This document shows positions 52,160 through 64,000 of a stretch of 64,000 bases of DNA, one piece after another. Source of the DNA: Saccostrea echinata (taxonomy: Eukaryota); contig NW_026889750.1 of assembly GCF_033153115.1 (NCBI RefSeq), positions 42,780,001-42,844,000 of the forward strand, read 5' to 3'. Both the position numbers and the translations under genes were made by a program. The notes beneath the pieces were generated by a model. It had not been told where the DNA came from. It saw nothing but the letters and a program-made list of their open reading frames with translations, and did not search any database. Numbering within the stretch: position 1 is the stretch's first letter; each line of letters starts with the position of its first letter.

Positions 52160-52815
52160 GGTTAGGTGCAGATCTTTAACTCGCTGGTCTGAAAAAAAAA
52201 AGGGATGGACGACCAGAGAGCTACAGTGCCACTCATTGAAAAAGTGCGCTGTTTCTCGATTTATTTCTCCGTATATTTCAAAATATTACCAACTTTGTGT
52301 TCCTACCATATTCTTTTACTTCTTCCACGACAAAACTGCATGACAAGTCATGTACCAAGTGCGTTGGACCGAATTATCTTGCCGTCCAAAATGGCAGTAT
52401 AAATAGGCGAAATTTTCGATGGTCTCAATTTCAGGCCCAGGAGGGCTATCATGTTGTAAATTTTGAATTTACTAGGGGGAGGTAAATGCAAAATTTACAA
52501 CATGATAACAGTTATCAAGTTGTAAATTTTGCATTTACCTCCCCCTAGTAAATTCAAAATTTACAACATGATAGGGCTATTATTGACGGTTTTGGAGAAT
52601 GTTTTGTTGTGGCAGTAGTTAAAGAATAGTTCAGAAACACACGGTTAGTAATATTTTGAGACGGCAGCGTAAATATTCGGAGAAATAAATCGAGAAACAG
52701 CGCACTTTTTTGTGCGCAGTGAATATACTCTTTTTTCAATGGGTGGCACTGTAGCTCTCTGGTGTGGTCCGTCCTTTTTTTTTCAGACCAGCGAGCTACA
52801 GATCTGCAGCTAACC
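52160..52815. mobile_element. MITE with ~120-bp TIRs and apparent 3-bp TSD (Harbinger-like)
   Basis: GGTTAGSTGCAGATCT...AGATCTGCAGCTAACC; CCA on both sides; contains a central palindrome at 52446-52574. Confidence 0.7.
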
Positions 52816-53601
52816 CCAGGTTAGAGTTGGCTAAAATCAGAATTAAATTTTACATAATGCATGTATACGAGATAATAATTTTCTTCTCCATAACTGCAAG
52901 GCGATGTTAGTCATACTGAAATGATGTTGAGGCCATGTTGTGTTGAGACCCCTTGGCTCGAGTTAGGGTGTGACCAAAATATGAGATCACAATTTTTTCA
53001 AATATAAATATCTCTGTAAAATCATCTTAAGAACTTACTCATCTGAGTTTTTTCTTTTGCTACATCCTTCCACAGTTTCAGTGGTTATATCTAGTTCGAA
53101 AAACAAATTCTTTGACAAGACATCAAGAGGGTAGGATAGAGTTAAGAGGAAGAAAGAGCAAGATCCTGAAAACTCATCGTTTATGCACACAGCACAAGCT
53201 GCAATTGATGACGACGAGATAGACACAAAATTTTACAGTTTCATCTGTAACTACCAATCATCCCTTCCTTTAACAACATTATTAGCAGGTTAGCAAAAGA
53301 ATGGCAGATTTTTTTTTTTTTTTTGAAGATCTGCCTATGGCCACATTTTGCCCGAGAACATAGTCAATCAATAAATGGTGTGTTGTACCTTTTATTTTAA
53401 TGCAAATGAGATTTAGCCGATCCCGCCCACAGTGTGACGTAAGCGGTCCAATTTCTCATCAACAGGTCCAATATCTTGCTCCGCATTTAAACATCGATTT
53501 TTTTATGACCGCTCAGTAAAACATTGGAAATGTAAAGATTATTTTTAGCATAGATTTATAAAGGAACCAATTTTTAAAGGTATAATATTTCAAGATGTTA
53601 G

Positions 53602-54360
53602 TAACCAAGAGACCCTATTGGTTTTGACGATCATCTAAGCTGCTAAGTATCTTTAAGTTCTCAGGCTACGACCACATTGGTCCCATCCGGAACGGAAATA
53701 CTGGAATCATGTGACAATCGTTTTACAGTTTTGTAAGGTCTTTAATCATGATCATCTTCAGGAAGTTTGCCCCCTTATAGTTGAGGGTTAGAGAATAAGG
53801 TACACTGTCTAATAAATTTCAATACATGACCGACTTAAACACACCCTAGAGCCTGACACCTGGGGATACAATTTTATAATTGTTGTAGAGGGCTAGCTGC
53901 TCATTTTAGTCGAGCAAACATGTCTGGTAGATGCCAATTAATGAGTAAATGAAGATTTTCAAAGATGTATTTTCAATACTATTAATATTACGACTTACTT
54001 AGCCCCACCCTTGGACCTGTACCATGGGCCAGGAGGCCATGAATGTTACAATTTTGGTAGAAGTGTTAATCTTTCAGCTAGAAATCAATGAGTAAAGAAG
54101 ATTTCAGACGTATGTATTTTTAACATATGACCAATTTAATCATTCCCAATCGCTGGGCTAGATCCCGGGGATCATGAATTTTCGGGTCCAGGGAGGCGTA
54201 CACCATAAAATTCACAATTTCTGTTCTTGTTCACTCCTAAATATTATTAGTTGAAATGTTAAGAAGCTCCAAAGAAGCTGAAACTGTTCTAAAGTTAATG
54301 GTCAATGACATATGAAAACAGGTGGTAATGTCATCTGAGTGACTTGGGTGACCTAAAAAA
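53602..54360 (-). mobile_element. HINE/Helentron-like non-autonomous element
   Basis: Reverse 5' end gtcatctgagtgacttgggtgacctaaaaaa at 54329-54360, reverse 3' end aaccaagagaccc at about 53604, and internal degenerate repeats. Similar remnants at 2580-2690, 17105-17540 and 20489-22460. Confidence 0.55.
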
Positions 54361-55551
54361 AAACTTTTAAAAAACCTCCTTGGCCTGTTGGTTCAAAATA
54401 GTCCAGTGGGCTTGGAGAAAAAGTCCTCTCACTTATAGAGGAGCTGAAACCTCAACGTTTTACTTTTATTTTGAAAGCAAAGATAATAGTTTATCACTCA
54501 GATATTATTTTTAAAACTTTATTTCCAAAAACTTTAGCTGTAATGCCATGAAAATTAAATTATGCAAGAAGTTGAACAATTCTGTCATTTTAAACTTGTA
54601 TTCATCAAATTTTGCAACATTTTGTTACTTTTACAAAAATTTTCATTAGATGGTATGCTAAATTACTCATATTCGCACTGACATCCATTATTTGTTCATC
54701 ATTTACCAAATAAGTCCACTCATTCAAGCCCAATGATGACTATCCAATCAGAATAATGACTGAAAATTCAAAACAAAAAAGCATCCAAGAAGAAATTTAT
54801 ATTTTCTCTCTGAATACTTTTCCTGTTGTTTGTAATAAATATTTTGATTGGCTAGAATCATTGGGGAATCAAAGATGGAATTATGATTGTCTTGAATGAT
54901 ATTTATATATCTACAGGATGTGATAAATGCATTTACATTAATGAATTTACAAAAACATCACAGCTTTCATTCATAACGTCATCTGAGCAGAAAGAAAAAG
55001 AAGTTCCTGAAAGGATATTGAGTATTACATCATCACCATATATAGTCAGTGAAGGCAAAGCACTAGAAATAGTAACAGGCAGGAAAAAAATATCATTAAT
55101 AAATGCAATTCTTAAAACATTTTTAAAAAGTATTTCTAACTTCAATACCTGTCCTATTTCTTAATTGATAATGCATATTTGTTTTCAAATGATAAAAGCT
55201 CAAAAACAAAATACAAAGAAAACATGGACATCATACAACCTCTTGTTTATAGACATACAGAAACACCAACAGAGTGTGATCATTTACATCAGAGACAGAA
55301 GACAGGTACAAAGATACATAATTATAAAACTATTCATTGCATAGTTAACATGGCTCAATTGCATCGAGTCCTTATAAGGCACATCTCGGTCTGCCGATAC
55401 TTCTGATCTACAATATATCTTCTCATTGCACAATTAAACAAGACCTTGAAAAATAGGTCACAAAAATAGGTTACAATAAAGCTGCTCAGTAAATGTCATC
55501 AGAAAATAAAAATACAAAATAAGGACTTGTAAAGAAAGTTACTATAGAGAA

Positions 55552-58500
55552 TTAAGGCCTCGTGGTCTTCATACAAACTTGACAGCGTGACACTCTTGTT
55601 CTCAAGTTACCGGCCTTCAGCGTTTCTTGAACTGGTGTGGCAAACTGGTTCTGGTCAATAGTGGTCAACCAGAAGCTGTATTTGTTGGCATAGAAATGGC
55701 AGGTGCCCCCACTGCCATTGCATTCAATGAATGGTGTGGCCCTGAAGTCCTCCAAACAACTTCCAGGACTAGATAGAGACTGACCACCCCCACTAGGTCC
55801 AGCACCGGTGTGCTGAAAAAAGTAATAGTTACTGTTTATGTTGACATTCAAAAAAAATTTACCTTGGACAAAATCCATGAAAGTAAATCATTACTTTAGA
55901 GAATAGTTACTAGTTAAAAAAAATGACTCTAATGCAATTCATGTATGTAAATCATAATACTCTGATCAAGGGAATTGCATTTACAATTATAATAACTGAT
56001 AAAATCTGGTGGTTTCTTCTACTTTAGAATACTAATAATGAAATAAGAATTTCAAATGGACTAACCATTGCAAAACTGTAACCAATCCAGAGCCCCTTCC
56101 ACCCTACTGGACATTCTGGGATAGCCATAATCTGACTGTGGACAGCAATGACATTAGCAGGGGCATCACAGACCACACAGCGACTGATGTATCGACGTAA
56201 TTCTGGGTCACGAACTGGCATCATGGGCATTTGTTCATTAGTGGACAGCCAGTAGGATTTGTCGTTACGGCTGGCGTAGTTACAGACATTGTTGGTATTA
56301 CAGAAAAGGAATGGCATTGTGCTAAATCTCTGCATACAAGATCCTGCCCAGCCTGAAAGGGTTACAAACAGGTCAGAGAAATGACCACTAGTTCTAACGA
56401 CATCAACCTGCTTATTGACCAGAGAGAAATTATCAGTAAAAATAGAAAAATTGTGAAATTAGGATCTAACTTATAAGAATGTGAGAAATCAAAAGGTTTC
56501 ACTTTAAAAGATATTTCAGATACTTTTTCTTCTTTTTCAAGGTTATTTATAAACATTACAAAATTTTATTAGAATGTCCTTGTTTGCATATAATGTCAGA
56601 GCTGTTTCCAAATGTTTCCTATAAATATAGAGGTTGTTACCTAAGTCTTGATGATGAGATCTCTCGTTTCCTTCGATGTAGAGCAAACTGTAACCAGTCC
56701 AGAGACGACTGGTGCTATCAGGACAGACTGGCTCAGAGTCCGTTTGACTGTGACGAACAACCAGAAAACCAGAGGGTGGGGTCCGTCCTGGGGGTCCTGG
56801 GAATCCTGGCTCACCAGTTGGTCCCTGGGGTCCTTAGGGTAAATACACAGTGATAACAACATAAAAATTATCGACAATATAACAACTGTCAAAATGTTGA
56901 TAAAAGGATTGTGTGATATATATCAACTATTTACTGAGGGTTGTACTAATTCTCACAGTTTTCTTTCTTTTATTTCAAGAATAATTCAAATAACAAATTT
57001 ACAATCTTGTAGCATGTTACCTGGGAAGCCATCATCACCGGGAATGCCTGGATTTCCTGGGAACCCGGGATCACCCTTCATACCGGGGAATCCCTGAATA
57101 CCCCTCTCTCCTGGAATGCCAGGGAAGCCCTTGGGACCTTTAAATCAATAGCAAAAGATCCTTAAAACACACTTTAGTATAATCCACCATTACAAAGTAC
57201 TTGTTACTTTATTTTATGTAGTATTTATTTATTTTCCATCCTGTTTTCTCTTCCATAAATTAGCAATACAATATATACTACTACTTATTGCGTCTCTTTT
57301 GATCGCTCTATTGCATACTTCATCTACTGTGGTCTCATTCATTTTTGATGGGATCTAATTTATTGGTAATGGCAAACACATGTAGTACAATTTCGTTGGT
57401 ACGTAAATTTGTGGAAATTCACCTCTTCCTTTTCCTATCATTCATTAAATATGTAGTTCATTGATCAACTAATTTCATGGTTTGGCTCAACCATGGAAAC
57501 AATGAACAAAAAAATTACAAGACCAGGGTACTTGTGGGACTGACCTGGGAATCCTATGTCTCCTTTGAGTCCGGGAAGTCCGGGTTGTCCCGGTCGTCCT
57601 CCAATTCCTGGTTCCCCTTTATCTCCCTTGATCCTCATGTTAGGGTTTATTATGGCCCCTGGTCCAGGCTCGCCCTTCAACCCATCAAAACCTTGTTCAC
57701 CTTAAAGTACAACAAGCAAATAAATCCTCTGCAATCTTCTTAGTTGTTCACCAATATACAGTATGGTTGAATTTTTTTCACTTATTACACAAAAGGTGAA
57801 AAAAAATTAGAAGACCATAGCATAGGATTTTCTTCTCAATTGCAATCTGTGTTATTACATGTAATCTTATATCTCCTTTCCATCAGATTATCTTTTATAG
57901 TGTCTACTTTGGCTGGGATTTCGTTCTCACCTTTAGGTCCTTGCAATCCAGGTAATCCTGGAAAACCCCTTTCTCCCTTTAATCCTTCCACTCCATCTCT
58001 TCCTGGGCGTCCGGATTCTCCCTTCATTCCAGGTAATCCAGGTACTCCAGAGTTTCCGGGCTCACCTGTCAAATCAAAACTCATTTTTGATCACAAGTTC
58101 TGATAAACTGTAACAAATATTCAAACCATTTTGAATCTAAAATTAATTTTATTACTATTTTTTTCTGCCCAGCAAACACACATTTTTTAAACTTAAAAGC
58201 AGCCAACTTACTATTCAAAAATATTCCTAAAACACCTAGACATTTTCTGTGCCTTAAGTTTTCTCTGTTTTCTTAATGAAATATGAATTCATGCATGGTG
58301 GGAGAGAATCCCCAAGCATACATACCTGCAGGACCTATTGGACCTGGTAGACCCTTAAGTCCGGGGAGTCCAGGAACACCTCTGTCTCCAGGTTCTCCCT
58401 TGATTCCAGGGAATCCTGGCTGTCCGGGTTCACCTGGGATTCCAGTCAAACCAACCTCACCTTATAGAAAAAAAAACAATGAAGATAATTTACACTGGTA

Positions 58501-61500
58501 TCGAAATACATGTGCTCATATACAAAACACTGCATTAAGATCACTCAATAGCATATCTAATTTTCTTTATGTCTGCATGCAGTATGTTTACCTGGAATTC
58601 CATTTAAGCCTCTGTCACCCTTGGGGCCCTGTGGTCCAGGATATCCCACACCTGCATCCCCTTTCATTCCCGGCAAGCCTGGTTGGCCTGGGAGACCTGC
58701 CTCCCCTTTCATTCCTGGGAAGCCATCACGACCTATTTCTCCTGGGATACCTGGCTCTCCCTTGATTCCAGTAATGGAACGACCTGGCTCTCCCTTATTT
58801 CCTGTTGGTCCCTCAGGTCCTGAAATAGTGGCAAGGTTATCTCTCTGATAGTTAAAGAAAAACTTCACCTACTTCTGGCAATATGACTGTACAGATAATA
58901 ACAACATAATTTTGAGAAAGATCCAGATTATGAATAATGTTTTTATTTTGTTTCATTTGCTTGTCTCCAATGATTAATCCTGGGAGAGGTAATGCTGTGG
59001 ATAAAAAACGTTTTGTCATTTGGTTAAATCACTAAACCTTGGAAGTTAGTCTTAAAACAACTTTGCTTTGCTTTAAAGATCTGAGCGTGTTTCACAACCG
59101 TTGCTACTGGTACTATTTGGTGGTTTGGAACAGTACCATTTTATCTCATTCCAATACAGAACAAAATCTCACACTGATAATTAGAGAGTATATGTTTATA
59201 ATTATGATCTATTTATAAATCTGTAATACTGACCTCTTTCTCCCTTCATTCCTGGTAGACCTTCTCTTCCCTCTGGTCCGGGAAATCCAGGCTCTCCCTT
59301 TGAACCTACCAAAAATATATATATATAAAATCTCATTTGGTTAAACAACAAGTTCTGTAAATTAAGTACAGAATACAAACACTAATTTTTCCTTTACCTT
59401 TCTGTCCATTTAACCCTGGCAATCCTTGATCTCCTTTAGCTCCTGGGACACCATTCAGTCCATCTCTTCCACGATCACCCTTAGCACCAGGGAAACCAGG
59501 TTCACCTAGGAAACACATTACAGTATTTTGTGCTGGATTGGCTTATTTTGAAAAAAAAAAATAATCTGATCTGATTGGCTTATATAGCATGTACTTACCA
59601 GGTTGTCCAGGCAGACCATTCAACCCTGGTTCTCCCTTCAGTCCAGGCTGTCCCCTCTCACCCGGCACTCCTGGTAACCCGGCATCACCCTTTGGCCCGT
59701 CACGACCAGGAACTCCATTCAGGCCTGGCTCTCCCTTTATACCAGCTCTTCCAGGAACACCACTAAGACCAGGATTACCTGACAACAAAATATATGAAAC
59801 AGACTTTTATAGTTAGAAGCATACATGCATCATACCTTTTAAACTTCCTAGTGTCAAGCTTCTTGAATGAAATTTCAGATAAATTAATGCTCTCTTTCTG
59901 TCTTAATATCAGCAATTCTTCTATGAATCACACCTCTGATCAAGGTGATGGAATAGATGATTTTTTTTTTCATTTTGAGATGGCCCTTACCTTTCATTCC
60001 TGGGAGTCCATCATTGCCAGGAAGACCAGGCTGTCCAGGTTGTCCTGGGAAACCCTGCATAGAGACCAAATAAACAATCACAAAGTGACCTAGTTATGTC
60101 AGTTAACAATAGTTAAATAACAAGTCAGCGTTTGATATTCACAGTCAATAACATCTGAGTTTTGAAACTTTGAGTTTTGAAACTTACCCTCTCTCCCTTC
60201 ATTCCAGGGAATCCTGGGAGTCCTTGTGGGCCTTGATTTCCCTTCATTCCTGGTAGTCCTGGTGCACCATCCCGACCCCTTTCTCCGTTGATGCCTGGCT
60301 CTCCTGGGATTCCTACTCCCGGGGATCCTTGGTCTCCCTTCATTCCTGGCAGTCCTGAGAGTCCTGTTTAGGTAAAGTAAAATATTCCATTTAATTCCAT
60401 ACTTTTTTTCTGATTTTAAATAAAACAATATTTCTTAATCTAAAACATAAGAATTGAAAAACACTGGATTGGGCAACATACAAAGCTTATTCTATAGGAT
60501 TTCAGCTAGCAAAATTCTTTTCAATCAAATCATTTCAACAAGACCCTCTATCTTTTCAGTTCAGTAATTCATATTACTGATAAATCTCCAAATCAAAGTT
60601 TACAAAAACACCATATTCATTTTGAAAATTTTCAGAAATTTGCAAAAAGTGCACCGACACAAAGTGCTTAAGTGTGATTTTTTTCTGTGCAGTTTTTTTT
60701 CAAGATTATTTCAGCTAAGACTTTCTGAAAAGTATTTGCCAGTTAGCAATGTCGATTCAAAGACAGTACTTCTATATCTAAAATCAGGGTTTATTAAAAT
60801 GAGGGACATACATGTATAATTCACTTAACCTTTAAACAGTGATAATTATTCTTGATAAAGTATTCCTACTGACCATCTTGTCCTGGTAGTCCGGGATTTC
60901 CTGGGGCTCCAGGCCGTCCAGCATCACCTTTAGGTCCTGGGAGACCATCTTGACCCGGGGAACCGAGTAATCCTGGAAGTCCGCTTGGTCCACGTTCACC
61001 TTTCTGTCCTGAAAGTCAAAAATCCTTAGTCTTGTACAAAGTTCTGTATGTACAAAAAAAAAAACTTAACTTGCTGGAGAAGAAATTGATTAAAAAATGA
61101 TTGAATTCAAGCTGATTTGGAGTTTCTTGAGTATACAAGACCAATCAGCTCCATTAAGATTACAGTAGAGCCTCATTTTCTGAGTGGAGGGGTTTGTCCC
61201 AAGTGATATTGTCTAGATTTCAAAAATACTAAAGTTAAGATCTTACTCATAAAACCTTACAAGTTCATCATTAAAAGTGATATGTACGTTTGGATTCAGA
61301 ATGTAAATTACCAGATTGTTGAGTTCAAGTCAAATTACATGTTACATGTTACTTGAGCATCTAGATTAACCAATGTCCTATTGAACACAAGAAGAAAGAA
61401 AAAAGGTACCTGGTTCTCCAGTTCGTCCTTGTTCGCCTGGAATTCCGGGGAATCCCCTCTCACCCTTCATTCCTTGCAGTCCAGGAAGTCCAGGATTTCC

Positions 61501-63771
61501 ATCTCTTCCAGGTTCACCTGGGATTCCAACAAAACCAGTGTCTCCCTTGGCACCTTAAAAACAGAACAATTTCCTCATCATAACCTAAAACTTTCTCAAC
61601 CCGAAATACTGAATAATTCTTGTTTCATAGATCATTCAAATACTACAGCGACTTCATAGATATCTCACCTGGGGCTCCGTCACGACCACGTTCTCCTGGC
61701 AGACCTGGGGGTCCCTGGGGTCCATCTAATCCTGGTGCTCCAGGACGTCCTGGGACACCAGCCTCTCCTCTCTCCCCTGGGATACCAGATAATCCCTCTG
61801 TTCCAGGGAGTCCTGCATTTCCTTTGGCACCAACTGGACCTGATAAGAGAAGAAAACATCAGGTTGAAATTTCATTGAACAGTCTTCATGAAATGAACGA
61901 TGGAATATATATCACTGTTATTATAAGCAATGCTTTTGAAATTAAGGCTACATTGACGAAAGCTGTCAAAATCAGACAAGGATCCTTGATATGTTTAAAT
62001 CAATAATCCTAACTTATAGAATCTAAATTTTGGGCAATTAAGCCCCAAAATTTCCAGTTTCCTCCTTTAACATCTCTAGTAAATTGAATGTGCAGTCATC
62101 AAATTATAAGGAAAATAAACTACTTTAACTTTTAGATCTGATTTGACTTTTCATCCAGTACCTGGTATTCCTGGTAGACCTGCATCTCCAGGTGGACCTC
62201 TTGCACCTTCTGGTCCAGTAGGTCCAGGTTCTCCCTTCTGTCCTGGACCACCTGGTAAACCAGGAAGTCCAGATGGACCTGGATCACCCTTCATACCGGG
62301 AAGACCATCTTGTCCAGGAAGTCCGTCTTGTCCTGGGAACCCAGGCTGGCCACGAGGTCCGTCAAGTCCAGGCAATCCCGGTTCTCCTTTCTCACCATTT
62401 GTAGAACGTCCATCTCTTCCAGGAATTCCGGCTTCCCCTACAATTATTATATGGTACTCCTTTTAAATGGAACCCTTCCATTTGATTAATTAATTTTTTT
62501 TTTGTAATACTTGATTTCAAGGGGGAAAATTCAGAAATATTGGGGGAAATAATGAAATTTCAAGATTACAGAAGTAAGTACATGTATTTGATGATGTCTG
62601 AAAAATGTGACTTGCTTTGTCAACTTTTATACCTTATGTCTGCCTATCTTGCTTTGTCAACTTTTGTACCTTATGTCTGCCTACCTTGCTTTGTCAACTT
62701 TTGTACCTTATGTCTGCCTACCTTTCTTTGTCAACTTTTGTACCTTATGCCTGCCTACCTTTTAATCCAGGTAATCCCTGGGGGCCAGGTTCTCCAGGTC
62801 TACCATCAAATCCTGGCTGTCCTGGGGGACCATCTGCCCCCTTGTCACCTCTGGGTCCAGGAAGTCCTGCATGTAAAAGAAAGAACTCTGTCATCTACTC
62901 AATACATTAAAACTGTCAAGTCAGAACCATGGAACTGATTTCCCAATTTACTCTTAATAATCAATTTAATAATTAATCTTAAGAATTTGTCAAGATATAG
63001 GAGCTGATTATAAAAGTTCTGATGGAATTAATTCTCAGGAAATTAAGGCAAATTACCTCCTTGTTATTCCCAAATTAAAGTTTTGAATGAAATTGCTAAA
63101 TTTTAAACAATAATGATCATTGATTAATAACCTCTTAGCTAAGTTTTTTTAGGTACAAAAATCTAAGCAATATATGGAATCAATTATGAAATATAAGATT
63201 CAAGCACATGCCCATCAACCTCAATTTTTGATATGATCTTTTTAAATAAGTAGAGTTTAAACCTACATAATCCTGCATCAAATAAACTAGATGTAGAGTA
63301 AAACTCTGATATCTAGACACCCTGGCTATCTTGATGTTTTCCAATTTTATTGGACATACTATTCAATACTACATTTAAAAAACTATAACAGTGTTCCCGA
63401 TGTTGTGACAATGAAGTGTACCTCTGGGGCCAGCGTCTCCCGGTATTCCATCAAGTCCTCTTTCTCCCTTCATTCCAGGTAAGCCATCCAGACCAGGGGC
63501 ACCAGGGACTCCTGTTAACAGTCAAAACAAGCCTCATAAACATCCAGGCCAAACAATATCCAGCTTGTGTCAAATTTTGAAAAAAAAAGTCGACCCCAAA
63601 TCATCTCAATGGATATTAAGCAAAAGGTTTGGAAAATTACTTTAAATTCATTCACAACATTCCATAAAATATAATATGTTGAAATTTACCCCTTTCTCCC
63701 TTGACTCCCGGAAAGCCATCTCTTCCAGGAATTCCTGGATTTCCAGGAAATCCAGGTTCTCCCTTTGTTCC
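55552..63771 (-). CDS. COL4A2: Collagen type IV, alpha2-like chain; 3' part only (Gly-X-Y exons plus NC1 domain), 5' part outside window
   Basis: About 17 short Gly-X-Y exons between roughly 57020 and 63770, then NC1 exons 56641-56832, 56066-56352 and 55552-55812. The NC1 motifs [34 protein letters not shown] and [10 protein letters not shown] match the alpha2-like class. The symbol denotes the class, not proven orthology. Confidence 0.93.
62612..62762 (-). repeat. 37-bp tandem repeat x4 at a collagen intron 5' end
   Basis: Minus-strand unit GTAGGCAGACATAAGGTACAAAAGTTGACAAAGCAAG. Confidence 0.85.
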
Positions 63772-64000
63772 CTTCAGAAGGTCAATATTAACATCAATTG
63801 TCTCTCCTCAAAAAAGAAGAAATGTATATGATTTCATGCATCCAGCTCATTAACTAACTGTATAACATCCTGCTTAACATTCAAATTGATGAAAATTCTG
63901 CATATGGAAAAATCTTTTACAAAATAGTTTATTTCGTGATATTAAGCAAAATGTTCTTCTGACAATCACTGAAAATTCTGCTTATTGTTTACATAGTCAC

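Larger units (their letters stand above)
48783..53035 (+). repeat. ~165-170 bp satellite-like array (oyster Cg170/HindIII-like, Helentron-associated), interrupted by the Naiad and a MITE
   Basis: CTTCTCAAGAAC.ACTG recurs at about 48924, 49097, 49260 and 49498. Degenerate continuation at 51977-52150 and 52819-53035. Confidence 0.7.

Noticed and set aside
57477-62938. Plus-strand Pro/Gly-rich ORFs
   Set aside because: Antisense shadows of the collagen Gly-X-Y exons.

Overview
AT-rich, intron-containing animal genomic DNA, most likely a bivalve and probably an oyster (inferred only from the repeat families). Host genes: two complete tandem 8-coding-exon SLC22-type organic cation transporter paralogs on + (12377-19039 and 30159-48048, each 520 aa), and the convergent 3' portion of an alpha2-like type IV collagen gene on - (55552 to beyond the window end). 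The rest is densely mobile DNA. (1) A 5'-truncated, nearly intact Naiad-type Penelope-like retroelement (about 49602-51976) with several decayed copies; its ~100-nt structured 3' motif occurs 8 times. (2) Three sequence-unrelated non-autonomous DNA transposons that share TAYGG...CCRTA ends, perfect 6-bp target-site duplications (TSDs) and terminal inverted repeats (TIRs) built from 14- or 21-bp tandem arrays (IS3EU-like). (3) A minimal hammerhead ribozyme. (4) tRNA-derived SINEs, Helentron-type elements carrying satellite arrays, and many MITEs and hairpin elements. Several introns begin with tandem amplifications of their own splice-donor junction. Two assembly gaps (N runs). No CRISPR array, rRNA or authentic tRNA gene was seen. 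All alignments and folds were done by eye.
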